From the IMG/VR virus record IMGVR_UViG_3300050821_010764, positions 32,001-96,000 of that record: DNA of 64,000 nt; one strand, given 5' to 3'. The notes beneath the pieces were generated by a model. It was not told the origin of the DNA and ran no database searches. It saw only the letters and a list, made by a program, of their open reading frames with translations. Shown here one piece after another: positions 29,137 through 38,731 of the stretch (position 1 is its first letter; every line of letters starts with the position of its first letter). The stretch is from a virus. Made by a program: the position numbers and the translations under genes.

Positions 29137-30741
29137 ATGAGTCTCGACAAAATCAAACAATTAGTAGGTTCTTTGGCAAAGTCAGTTGATGACAGCGAAA
29201 GAGTTGCTACCCCGATTCTGGCTGCCAAGTTAGCTAAAGCCGTTGAGGCTTATCCGGGCGATCAAACCATCGGAGCTATGTCTCGTGTTATTGGTAAGCT
29301 CGCTTCTAACAATACTTTCTTTATTCGTAAATCAGAACTTAAAAGTTTGTATCAAAAACTACATTCTCGTAACACCAAGTTCGCTGAATTGTTTCAGGAC
29401 GAATTGGGTGTGGTAGATTCTCTTCCAACACCAACTTTGATGCCAAGAGATGAAGCTGTTCAGGTAAATACTTACGAAGTTGGTGATCAAATCTTAGCAA
29501 ATGCGCTGAATAGTGTCTTTGACAAGTTCACTCCACTTAAACTTTACAGCCAAAATTTGGCTAATAAAGCGTTAGCCTCAGTGGCTAGCACTTTAGATGC
29601 TTGGAATTTGAAGCCAACTGCTCTTGCAGTCGATGATGGCAACGAGAAATTCCTAGTTATCAGAGCCGACTACGAGACTCCAAAGGGAGTCACCAGTCTT
29701 TATGTTCCAGTAGAGACTACCAAAACCACCGTGGCTGAAGCTTCGGTTTTTATGGGCAACACCGGTCCTCAAGAACTCAATCATACCAATATTAAAACCT
29801 ATCTAACTACCTTCGCTGGCACCAAACTCAAGATTAATGCTACCAGCATCTTGGGTGTGTTGACCAGTGCGGCTTCTGAAAACAGGACTGTTAGCGATGC
29901 AGAGATTGCATTAACTAAATTGAATGCTACTCGTCAAGGTAAGTCAGAATTCTTCCAGAACCAAGTAGTTGGTTTGAAGGTTGCTGAGGCTGCCAAGAAA
30001 GATGTGGAGCTTTCGAGGTCCGAAGAGTTCGTTTCTTTCGAAAAACAATTCACCACTCCATACGGTCAAGCTTCTTGGCAGTTCGGTGCAGATAAAGTTA
30101 AGACTGCTAGAGAACATGTGACTAGACAGTTGTTAACCTACGGTCATAAGAACCCACAAGTTACTGTTGTCAAAAGTGACGACACTTCCATTCTCTTTAG
30201 CGTTGCACTAGATGCGGGCAGGGTTGGATTTACCGTTCCTGTCAAATTTGCCAGTGGCAATATGGTTAAGCCAAGTGTCATGTTGTGCAATGGTACGGTT
30301 GCTTCATTTAGCCAAGAAGGAATTAACGAACTATACGTCAGTAATGCCAGCGACTTCAAAGCTGCGGCTGCTGCCTCTCCTCAATTTGGTTTGAAGCCAA
30401 GTGATGTATTAAATAACTTGAGAGTAGCTTTAGCCGAGGGTAACCACGCCAAGGCAGAAGACGCCTTGAACGTCCTAGCAAATTCTGGAGATACTAAGGC
30501 TCATGCCATCGGCTTCCAGTTATTCCTAGATGGTTTAGCCCACAAGAAGGCTGAAGCTGAAGTCAAGTGTTCTCACATGATCAAGAATGCTACTAGTGAG
30601 CATCCAATCTGTGCACATACTGGATTACCAGTTCACAAGGTGTATCAAGATAAAGATGGTAATTGCCGTCCTCTTTATAGAAGAGGTCAGGATGAAACTT
30701 ATGAAGGAGCAGTCTTTAATAACTCCAAGATCTTCGGGTGA
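29137..30741 (+). CDS. Hypothetical head-module protein with Cys/His-rich C-terminus
   Basis: 534-aa ORF; C-terminal CSH...HPICAH...C. Confidence 0.6.
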   Translation: MSLDKIKQLVGSLAKSVDDSERVATPILAAKLAKAVEAYPGDQTIGAMSRVIGKLASNNTFFIRKSELKSLYQKLHSRNTKFAELFQDELGVVDSLPTPTLMPRDEAVQVNTYEVGDQILANALNSVFDKFTPLKLYSQNLANKALASVASTLDAWNLKPTALAVDDGNEKFLVIRADYETPKGVTSLYVPVETTKTTVAEASVFMGNTGPQELNHTNIKTYLTTFAGTKLKINATSILGVLTSAASENRTVSDAEIALTKLNATRQGKSEFFQNQVVGLKVAEAAKKDVELSRSEEFVSFEKQFTTPYGQASWQFGADKVKTAREHVTRQLLTYGHKNPQVTVVKSDDTSILFSVALDAGRVGFTVPVKFASGNMVKPSVMLCNGTVASFSQEGINELYVSNASDFKAAAAASPQFGLKPSDVLNNLRVALAEGNHAKAEDALNVLANSGDTKAHAIGFQLFLDGLAHKKAEAEVKCSHMIKNATSEHPICAHTGLPVHKVYQDKDGNCRPLYRRGQDETYEGAVFNNSKIFG

Positions 30742-30744
30742 TCT

Positions 30745-31584
30745 ATGAGTGTATCAAGACTAGCTAGATTTCTAACTCTCAAATACGCCGCAGAGCTAAT
30801 CAATCCTGATGCTCCTGCCGGTGAATTGATTGAGACGATTAAAAATAATTTAGCTGACATTTACCGAAAGTTTATGCCAGAGTATAGCGGTCTTATATCT
30901 CAAATCAATCAATCCTATAAACTTCCATTTCTAGATAGTTTGGAAGATATTTTTTCTGCCTTTATTGCTAATCTTGACAATCTGGATATTATTCAAGTTA
31001 ATCAGCTATCCCTTGAATTGATTAAGAATGTTGAGCATGTAAGGGTTAAATTAAACGATTTCATCAAAACCAATAAGAATGACCCTGCTTTTACCGCTTT
31101 CTTTATGAGAAAGAGATTAGCTAGCACGGTGGATAAAGTATTGGAAGGTTTGGAGAAAGATTTAATTAGACAATTAGATTACATTAATGCTACCAACAAA
31201 AGTGTTCATCTTCCTACTGCCGAGTTCACGGAACATGGTAGGGGTCGTCGCATGCCAGATGGTAGTGAAACTACCAAGCGTCGTCGTATGGAACAAACTC
31301 CACAACAAACTGAAATGTTGGTTTTGAGATTCGGTGATTTGTATGGTGTTAGGGATATGTCTGATTGGGGTAAGCTCAAACATGGGGATGCCGATTTGGC
31401 AGAAGAATTAATGACGGCATTTCTTGGGCTAAATAGAGCATCTAAGGAGTACCAGAAATCTGAGGACTACGATCCTAAAGACCGAAGGAATGCCAGCAAA
31501 GAAAAATTATTTTTGGCAACCAAGGTAAAGGGTGGTTTGCGCAAGCGAATTGAAGAGTTCTTTAGTAATAAGAGAGGTTTATAA
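30745..31584 (+). CDS. Hypothetical helical protein
   Basis: N-terminal RLARFLTLKYAA. Confidence 0.55.
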   Translation: MSVSRLARFLTLKYAAELINPDAPAGELIETIKNNLADIYRKFMPEYSGLISQINQSYKLPFLDSLEDIFSAFIANLDNLDIIQVNQLSLELIKNVEHVRVKLNDFIKTNKNDPAFTAFFMRKRLASTVDKVLEGLEKDLIRQLDYINATNKSVHLPTAEFTEHGRGRRMPDGSETTKRRRMEQTPQQTEMLVLRFGDLYGVRDMSDWGKLKHGDADLAEELMTAFLGLNRASKEYQKSEDYDPKDRRNASKEKLFLATKVKGGLRKRIEEFFSNKRGL

Positions 31585-32300
31585 TGAGAATAGCAGAAAT
31601 GTTGACCGCCATTGCGGCTTGGCTAGAAAGCCCAAATAATGAAGCTTTGCTGTTAGCCGAAGCTGACGAGGACTGCATGAAAGTCGTTGCAGAGTCCTGT
31701 ACTTTGGCTGCCGCTCTTCTCAAGAATGCTGCTGAACAAGTAGACACCATGGAAGCCCCAGAAGAGTCTAAAATCACTCCTGAATCCATTGATGAGCTTG
31801 CCAATTTGGCAGCCGCTTTCGATGCCTCGGGTGACCCACAACTCAAGAAGCAGGCTTCTGTACTTGATGAACTATTGCTATCTATTGCTGCTCCACCTAA
31901 TGCTTATGCAGAAAGAAAAGATTTACAAGAGCAAAGATTGATTGAGATAGGTAAGAAGTACAATGATCCACGTAAAGAATTGCATGAAGTAAATAAAATT
32001 GGTGATTCTGAAAAGGGCATTGATAAAAGCAAAATGACTGAGAAATATAGAATATTGGAAGCTCCTTTGAGCACTCGATATTGTCCAGATCATCCGGGCG
32101 TGCAAATTGCTCGTATTGGTGAGCATATGTGGCAATGCGAGATGGACAAGAAGTCTTACAATTTCGAAACAGGTTTTGAATTAAATAATGGCTCTAAGGT
32201 TCCAGGTGGTGATGTGGCACAACAGACTCAAGGAGTCAATGTTCCTTATCATGCCATTTTTGATACTCGCGAAGGTAGATTAGGTTATAATAAACCATGA
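31584..32300 (+). CDS. Head-module protein with helical-hairpin motif and C-terminal CPDH domain
   Basis: LANLAAAFDASG....KQASVLDELL; LSTRYCPDHPG...WQC. Confidence 0.6.
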   Translation: MRIAEMLTAIAAWLESPNNEALLLAEADEDCMKVVAESCTLAAALLKNAAEQVDTMEAPEESKITPESIDELANLAAAFDASGDPQLKKQASVLDELLLSIAAPPNAYAERKDLQEQRLIEIGKKYNDPRKELHEVNKIGDSEKGIDKSKMTEKYRILEAPLSTRYCPDHPGVQIARIGEHMWQCEMDKKSYNFETGFELNNGSKVPGGDVAQQTQGVNVPYHAIFDTREGRLGYNKP

Positions 32301-32476
32301 GCGAACTACAGCAGACCATGCACAAGCTAATTGATACTATGGAAAAGAGAATAGAAGAAATATTGTCTTGTGTAGATAATGAGACTGCTGAAGAGTTTCT
32401 CAGAATATTTAATGAGAAAATGAAGGAACTTAATGAACAAACCAACCTACAAAAAAATCCTGGAGCATCCGGATAA
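32297..32476 (+). CDS. 59-aa protein absent from the ORF track (MSELQQTMHKLIDTMEKRIEE...)
   Basis: ATGA overlap with the previous stop; fills the gap; helical. Confidence 0.55.
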   Translation: MSELQQTMHKLIDTMEKRIEEILSCVDNETAEEFLRIFNEKMKELNEQTNLQKNPGASG

Positions 32477-33191
32477 AGACGAAATCATTAATAAATTAGT
32501 GATTGGACAGCCGTTAAATGATATTCATGATTGGCTAAAGGGTAAATATACCAACGTCAGTGAGGCTAAATTTGTTCTTTCTGAAAAAATTCTTAAGTCT
32601 TTTCAACATACTTATTTAGATTTTTATAATGATGTTTTAACCGATCTTTCTAAAACAAAAACAGCTTTAGCTACTGGCACAGTTGATCAATTAGAATTAG
32701 CTGTTAAAAAGAGTCCAGCCTATAAAGATGCCATGATTAGAACGGCAGGAACTGAATTAGATATTAGACAGATGGTACATAATTTATGTGTCAATGTGGA
32801 ATCTCGTTTATCACAAGTCTTCGATGAAATTCAAGAAGACCCCAGAAATATCAACACCAAGGTAGATCGTTTATTGATTGATTATGCTGAAGTACTTGGT
32901 AATATTCTTGAAAAATACTATAAGTTTACTGAAGCTCCTGCCGACCAAATTATTCAGCATAACGTGACTTTACAAGTGGTAGATCAGCATATTTCGGTAT
33001 TTCATGATGTAATTAAAGAAGTTTTGTCTCAGATGGATTTGGAGACCTCTTTGTATTTTATGGAGGTATTCAACACCAAGATGGCGGCGCTCAAGGTACC
33101 CGTACCAGATGCTCAGCCAACCCAGGAAATGAAGCTGGCTGAAGCAAGATTGCTTAATGAAACCATTAACCAAAAAATAAATCAACCATGA
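32433..33191 (+). CDS. Hypothetical protein, possible terminase small subunit
   Basis: N-terminal HTH-like HPDKDEIINKLVIG..L..I..WL, helical body, upstream of terminase; assignment weak. Confidence 0.3.
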   Translation: MNKPTYKKILEHPDKDEIINKLVIGQPLNDIHDWLKGKYTNVSEAKFVLSEKILKSFQHTYLDFYNDVLTDLSKTKTALATGTVDQLELAVKKSPAYKDAMIRTAGTELDIRQMVHNLCVNVESRLSQVFDEIQEDPRNINTKVDRLLIDYAEVLGNILEKYYKFTEAPADQIIQHNVTLQVVDQHISVFHDVIKEVLSQMDLETSLYFMEVFNTKMAALKVPVPDAQPTQEMKLAEARLLNETINQKINQP

Positions 33192-35029
33192 CCAAACCTC
33201 GTTCAGCAATTATCGACATGCCATCCAAGAAACAATTGGAAATGGCTACCCGTCCATATTCTAATGAAGAGCTACAAGTGGAGCCTGAGGTTCAAGAAAG
33301 ACTTGACAAGTTGATGAAATTTTTCGACGAAGCTGGGATCGATTATAGTAAATTTGATCCAGAGTCTATTCCTAAATTAGACTTCAGCAAAAGACAAGCT
33401 TATCCAAACAATGACCAGTATATGTATATCCCGGGTCAACATAATACGCATAAATGGATGCAAGCAGTTAGAGAAATTTTTGCCAAGGAGAAATCCGGCG
33501 ACAACCGAGTTAATGCCATTCGTCGGGTTACTTCTGGTTGGAATATTATGGAGACGTTTGACTTTCTAAACTGGCTTAAATTTCATGAAGCAGGAGATCA
33601 TATGAAGTACAAGTTCGCACAACTATGGTATGAAAATGGTGAGCCCGGCTATTTTCTACATGTTAAGCCAGATCCAGCCAAAGAACCAGAGCCACAGGTT
33701 TCTGGACGTGATATCGATTTTGCTAGAGATCAAAGCAATAACAACGAAGAAAAGAAACAACTAATCGAAAAGCAACGTAATAAGATTATTGGCAGATTAG
33801 ATTCCGCTGAGAAACTTCTACGCTCTCCGGATGGACAAGTGTTCTCTGGTAAAGAATTTGAATCTCTGTTAGAAGCCATCTATCAACTAAAAAAGAAAAT
33901 TCAGATGGTAAACAAAGTAAGCGCTTCGACTAGATTGTATGAAGATATGATTATTCGTGAAGCCAACATTCTTAGCAGAAATGGTTTTACTAAGGCTGCT
34001 AGCGTATTACATTCTGTGGCACAAACTCCGGGCGCCGCCGGCGAACAAGCTAAAGGTACGCCTGGTGGAGAGATGGCTCTAACCCCTCCTGCTCCGCCTG
34101 ATCCATCTGGTGCTGGTAATCCTGGTGCTCCTGGTGGATTGCCATCAGTGGGTCCGGGAATGCCTCAAGGTGCTCCTAACTCTGCGACTCCAGCAGGCGT
34201 ACCTAATGAGACATCTCCTGCTCCAAAGGGGATTAGTGAATTTTTAGAGGGAATGAATACGGGTAAATTTTCTCCTGGCGACAATCTAGAAGTAGAAGAT
34301 ACTTTGTATGTATCTGACAACCAAGACGAGTTATTGGTAACAGAAGCGCAAGTTCCACCAGTAGATGAACCAATGACTGCTACTCCAGCACCTGCACCAC
34401 TAGATCCTGCTCCTGTAGCCACCCCACCAGCTCCTGATGCTCCTGCAACCGAAGAGCCGTTAGAAGTGACCGAGGATGATATTAAACCAAAGGGTGATGC
34501 TCCTGCGCCATCCGCCAGTGATTTTGATAGTAAAATTGATGCGGTCTTTTCCGGCATCACAGTCGCTGATGTGGTAGCCAAGCTAGAAGACATTGCCAAA
34601 GTTTATAAAACCAGAGAAATTCCAAGACAGCTCGGCGTCGTTGATATGATGCTAGATAGTCTGGGACTTGCCTCCTACTTCCCATCTTTATCAGAAGCTA
34701 CTAACAAAGCGCTTGAGTCTAACAACTATATTTCTACCCGTGTGGAAGACATTCTTTCCAAACTACGTGGAGCTATGGCTGGTAAGGATATTGATTTAAA
34801 GGGTGACGATAATGAGAAGCCAGAAGTAGCAGGCATTAAAAACCAGCTACAGTCTGATCAAGATAAAGAAAAGGCTCGTAAGCAGATGAGAAAAGATCAA
34901 GAAACTGCCGAGCTTGCCGGTAAGGGCAAAGAAACACCTGAAGTGGAAATTGAAGAAGATTTAGGTGCACCACCGACTCCGGCAGCACCTCCCGCCGCTC
35001 CTCCAAGAGCCCCTAGACCTCCAGCATAA
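33188..35029 (+). CDS. Large head-module protein with Pro-rich linkers
   Basis: KRQAY and KFAQ motifs, hairpin motif EANILSRNGFTKAA, possible internal start at 33602. Confidence 0.6.
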   Translation: MTKPRSAIIDMPSKKQLEMATRPYSNEELQVEPEVQERLDKLMKFFDEAGIDYSKFDPESIPKLDFSKRQAYPNNDQYMYIPGQHNTHKWMQAVREIFAKEKSGDNRVNAIRRVTSGWNIMETFDFLNWLKFHEAGDHMKYKFAQLWYENGEPGYFLHVKPDPAKEPEPQVSGRDIDFARDQSNNNEEKKQLIEKQRNKIIGRLDSAEKLLRSPDGQVFSGKEFESLLEAIYQLKKKIQMVNKVSASTRLYEDMIIREANILSRNGFTKAASVLHSVAQTPGAAGEQAKGTPGGEMALTPPAPPDPSGAGNPGAPGGLPSVGPGMPQGAPNSATPAGVPNETSPAPKGISEFLEGMNTGKFSPGDNLEVEDTLYVSDNQDELLVTEAQVPPVDEPMTATPAPAPLDPAPVATPPAPDAPATEEPLEVTEDDIKPKGDAPAPSASDFDSKIDAVFSGITVADVVAKLEDIAKVYKTREIPRQLGVVDMMLDSLGLASYFPSLSEATNKALESNNYISTRVEDILSKLRGAMAGKDIDLKGDDNEKPEVAGIKNQLQSDQDKEKARKQMRKDQETAELAGKGKETPEVEIEEDLGAPPTPAAPPAAPPRAPRPPA

Positions 35030-35037
35030 GCAGATGA

Positions 35038-35802
35038 ATGAAACTACGAGAATTGCTTCAACAAATGAAGGAAGTGCAAGAGACTATAGGGACTTCTGAG
35101 CCCTATATCTGTGGAGGCACGCCTAGAGATAGATACTTGAAGCACTTAGAAAATATCTCGGATTTAGATATTACTACCGGTGACAAAACAGTAGATTATC
35201 TATCACAAGAATTTGCAGAGGCTCTTAAAAAACAATACAACATTACTAGAAGAACAATGGATGATGGTCACAGCACCATCTACATTGGTTCCTTTAAAAT
35301 GGATTTCTCTTCTAATTTTAATGTTCCTGGCATTGATGCTATCCTCGCCAAAACGGGGATTGCCAAGCCCACGGAAATACAAAAAGAAATGTTCAGCAGG
35401 GATTTTACCTGTAATGCTCTTCTTCTATCTTTGGACCTAAAAGAGTTAATTGATCCAACTCATAAAGGATTTAAAGATATGAATGAGAGAATGATTCGCA
35501 CCTGCTTGGCTCCTGAGATTACTTTGACTACCAACAGGAATAGAGTGATTAGAGCTATTTATTTGGCGTCTAAACTAGATTTTGATGTTGATCCTCGCCT
35601 CATTGAGTATGTTAGAAAAAATCCTCAGACTGTCAGAATCTCTACCGAAAAAGCCATGTCTGAGAAATTGAATGAAGCTTTCAATCGAGATGCTGATAAG
35701 GCTAGTAGTCTTATTACTAAAATGGGATTATGGAACTACATCCCAATTACTGAAGTAGTTTATCCATATTATATGAAACATAAGGGTTCCAATGGGAAAT
35801 AA
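35038..35802 (+). CDS. Class II tRNA nucleotidyltransferase/poly(A) polymerase-like protein, truncated and divergent
   Basis: ICGGTPRD, DLDITT, RDFTCNAL, DP...G..D, RVIRA; EDxxR replaced by TNRNR. Confidence 0.82.
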   Translation: MKLRELLQQMKEVQETIGTSEPYICGGTPRDRYLKHLENISDLDITTGDKTVDYLSQEFAEALKKQYNITRRTMDDGHSTIYIGSFKMDFSSNFNVPGIDAILAKTGIAKPTEIQKEMFSRDFTCNALLLSLDLKELIDPTHKGFKDMNERMIRTCLAPEITLTTNRNRVIRAIYLASKLDFDVDPRLIEYVRKNPQTVRISTEKAMSEKLNEAFNRDADKASSLITKMGLWNYIPITEVVYPYYMKHKGSNGK

Positions 35803-36886
35803 ACGAGCTTATTTTCAAGGAGGTGGTGGTGTCAATGAACCAACTCCGGGCGAAAAGAAATACAAATCAGACCCAGCCATTGTGGTACAGCCTCGTTTTG
35901 AAGAGGTGTTCTATCGCAATTATGACCTCTACGAAGTGCCTGGTTTCGAGCACATTGGTCCAGGGGCTGGTTGGCACGCCCTACAAAATTATAACTCGGT
36001 TGGGGAATTTCTAGAAGCCCGCAGGAAGAGACTCGCCCCTCGCTACGTGGCTGATGACTCTTGGCAGTTGGATAGTGGGAAGCGCACCAAAGAAAATCCC
36101 GGAATTAAAGCTAGAGCAGCCTTGCTAAACAGAATAATCAAAACGGCATCAAACTGTGGATTCTGTGGAAAATCTAAAATCGATGTAACTTTTCCTTGTG
36201 AACATTGTGGCAAAGGTGGAGCTGTTGTTGCGGGTGACGAGAATAATGGACCCAATTTTGATTATGGTAAAGGCTTGTACTCCAATATGAATAAGTATAA
36301 AAGTGTCCAAGATTTTGAAGAACATGCTGATAAAGGTCCTGGAGCTTTTTTTGCTGATGACAACGAAGACCATATGATGCCGCCTAAAGAGCATGGCACT
36401 AAAATCTACGATTGGAAAAACAGTATTTATCAAGGAACGCCTAAAGCTACTAAACGACACGACTCTAATAATATAGATTTCCTAGCTGATCAATATATTG
36501 ATCCAAATATTGTAACACCAGAACCTGGTGACGTAGATGGTGGCAATCCAGTAGGAGAGGCTAATCAAATGGGAGGATATTTAGATGAATATCTTCCAGA
36601 AAAAGATTTTGAGGGCAAAGATCCGGATACTCTGGATTTTGGTAGGGATTACTCTGGCAGTGACCAGTTTCCTAGCAAAAAAGACTTTGCTCCGGCGACC
36701 ATTGACCAAGAGTCTGTCAAAAAACTAATAGACAAATACTCTCCTGCACCTACTTCTGGGCTGTACGGTTTGCCTGATGGTGTGGATTTGCCGGAGGAAG
36801 ACCTTGGGAATCCAACGGATATTAATCCAGATTATGGCTCAGTGGGTCCAGAAAGTAAGATGTACGAAGATAAATGGAACATTTAA
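35792..36886 (+). CDS. Acidic head-module protein sharing an N-terminal motif with the scaffold repeats
   Basis: KRAYFQGGGGVNEPTPGEKKYKSDP; CGFC..CEHC ribbon; two Y.SV..F.E repeats. Confidence 0.6.
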   Translation: MGNKRAYFQGGGGVNEPTPGEKKYKSDPAIVVQPRFEEVFYRNYDLYEVPGFEHIGPGAGWHALQNYNSVGEFLEARRKRLAPRYVADDSWQLDSGKRTKENPGIKARAALLNRIIKTASNCGFCGKSKIDVTFPCEHCGKGGAVVAGDENNGPNFDYGKGLYSNMNKYKSVQDFEEHADKGPGAFFADDNEDHMMPPKEHGTKIYDWKNSIYQGTPKATKRHDSNNIDFLADQYIDPNIVTPEPGDVDGGNPVGEANQMGGYLDEYLPEKDFEGKDPDTLDFGRDYSGSDQFPSKKDFAPATIDQESVKKLIDKYSPAPTSGLYGLPDGVDLPEEDLGNPTDINPDYGSVGPESKMYEDKWNI

Positions 36887-36936
36887 AACAACGGATATTA
36901 CTACATATAAATGCATATCAGCTTAGAGGTACCTAA

Positions 36937-37887
36937 ATGTCATTACAGTCAACAGCACAAGAATTAATCGTTGTCGACCCAGCTTCTATGGGTCACCAAA
37001 TGGGTGGTGGCACACCTATGCAACTAGTTCCTTTGGAAGTGCACGATGGACCATCAGAGCATGACCATTCTGAACCTTTAGAAGTCAGCGACCAACCCGT
37101 TGAAATTGAAATCGAACTTACTCCTGAGCATTTAGGTATTGCTGGACCTGATCCACAACAACCTTCCGAACTTGAAGTGTCAGAACATGACCACAAAGAC
37201 GAAGCCAAAGTAGATGAAGATCCCGCCCAAACAGCTAAGAATGAAAAATGGGACTGGGGTAAACGTGGACCAACTGGTTTTATTGCCTGGGTTAAAGAGC
37301 GCTGTGACGATGTTCCTAAACACTCCGGTTATGATACCGCAGGTCTTGAGCGTGCTGTAGCTTATCTTGAGAGACTAGATAACGAAGTTTCCAAAGCTAT
37401 GAGAATGGATTTGGATGGTGAGCTAGATGCTAACCAAATTGAGAAGGTTCGTTCTATCATCGATAATGGTATTGAACGTTTGCATGATCGTTTAGATAAG
37501 GTTAAGAGCAGCAAAAAGAAGACTCGCAAGAAGAAGTCCGATTACGAATCAGATGGTCTTGTTAAAGAGGCTCAGAAGATTACTGGAGTATCTGGGGTGT
37601 ACGTTATGGTACCTCTATTGATTTCTAGAATTGCCAGAGTTTGTATTAATGGCATGGTGTCTGCTGGTCATGACATCGAAGATTTGTTTGAGAGACAAGT
37701 AAAATTCTACAAGCTTGATGTGCAACAACAAGCCGAGGTAATGCAATTGTTGGCTGATATGGGCTATAATGTTCGTCAGGACAGAGGCTTCATGCCAGAT
37801 CAGGATATTGACGTTGCAGACAGCGGCAATATGGACTGGGCAGCAAACTACAATCCTTCGGCTAATGTGTGGGGCAAGGATAGATAA
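36937..37887 (+). CDS. Hypothetical head-module protein
   Basis: GAGG RBS; P.HSG....G.ERA..YL; LVKEAQ. Confidence 0.6.
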   Translation: MSLQSTAQELIVVDPASMGHQMGGGTPMQLVPLEVHDGPSEHDHSEPLEVSDQPVEIEIELTPEHLGIAGPDPQQPSELEVSEHDHKDEAKVDEDPAQTAKNEKWDWGKRGPTGFIAWVKERCDDVPKHSGYDTAGLERAVAYLERLDNEVSKAMRMDLDGELDANQIEKVRSIIDNGIERLHDRLDKVKSSKKKTRKKKSDYESDGLVKEAQKITGVSGVYVMVPLLISRIARVCINGMVSAGHDIEDLFERQVKFYKLDVQQQAEVMQLLADMGYNVRQDRGFMPDQDIDVADSGNMDWAANYNPSANVWGKDR

Positions 37888-38057
37888 TGAGCAGACCAAT
37901 TATTCAAAAGGTTAGCTTATTAATGTCTGCCATGATGAGAGCTTGTCTAACCAAGCAATCTACTTATAGGCAGCAAGTGCAGAAGTATGATTTGAATAGT
38001 ATCGAACAAAAATGTCTCTTAGAATTATTGTACGACATGGAGAGCAAACATGTCTAA
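37887..38057 (+). CDS. 56-aa protein absent from the ORF track, similar to the C-terminal domain of the upstream gene
   Basis: TAATG overlap; YRQQVQKYDLNSIEQKCLLELLYDM vs FERQVKFYKLDVQQQAEVMQLLADM. Confidence 0.55.
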   Translation: MSRPIIQKVSLLMSAMMRACLTKQSTYRQQVQKYDLNSIEQKCLLELLYDMESKHV

Positions 38058-38718
38058 ATATTCTCGTCATCAATCAGTGGTTTCCAGACAATCCGATGAA
38101 AACATCAGTGAAGACCACTGGTTAAAAAACTTTCAAAAGAGTTTACAAAAGGGCGCGGTTCAACCACGTTCCACCGATAACTCTTTGTTTGACCAAATTA
38201 ATTCCATCATGAATGGAAAATCCAAATACACGTCAGTTGATCACGCTGTAAAGGATATGCAAGAAAGAAGCGGTCTTACCGCTTACTTAGATAAGATCAG
38301 CAAAACGTCGGGAGAAGAGCGCGCTACTAGTAGCAAAGCTAAAACCGCTTCCGACATCCACCATGTAATCGAGAAGAGAGTCGATAGCGAAAAGGGACTT
38401 CCCGTTGTATTCAAGAAGTGCCCACAAGCCAAGACGACCTTAGAGAATTACATTAGGGATACAAAGGGCAACTTGCCAGTTCCGGCAATTATTGAAAAAC
38501 TAAGGTCTATCCATCAGTCTGACGTCTCTGACGCCAAAGATTGGGATGATGACAATCTTATCAGAGAAGTAAGTAAGCAGAACCTGATCGCTAAGAGAGA
38601 TAATCCAGCTAGCTATGAAAATTATGCTAACTTGGGCTCTAGAGATCATGACGCTGATTCCGAAATAGATCCATCTAACACCGACGCATTTCACGCCCTT
38701 ACTCCCGTAAAACAGTAA
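38050..38718 (+). CDS. Hypothetical head-module protein
   Basis: GGAG RBS; KY.SV..AV.DMQERSGL; KTAS. Confidence 0.6.
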   Translation: MSKYSRHQSVVSRQSDENISEDHWLKNFQKSLQKGAVQPRSTDNSLFDQINSIMNGKSKYTSVDHAVKDMQERSGLTAYLDKISKTSGEERATSSKAKTASDIHHVIEKRVDSEKGLPVVFKKCPQAKTTLENYIRDTKGNLPVPAIIEKLRSIHQSDVSDAKDWDDDNLIREVSKQNLIAKRDNPASYENYANLGSRDHDADSEIDPSNTDAFHALTPVKQ

Positions 38719-38731
38719 CTGGGAGGGCTAT

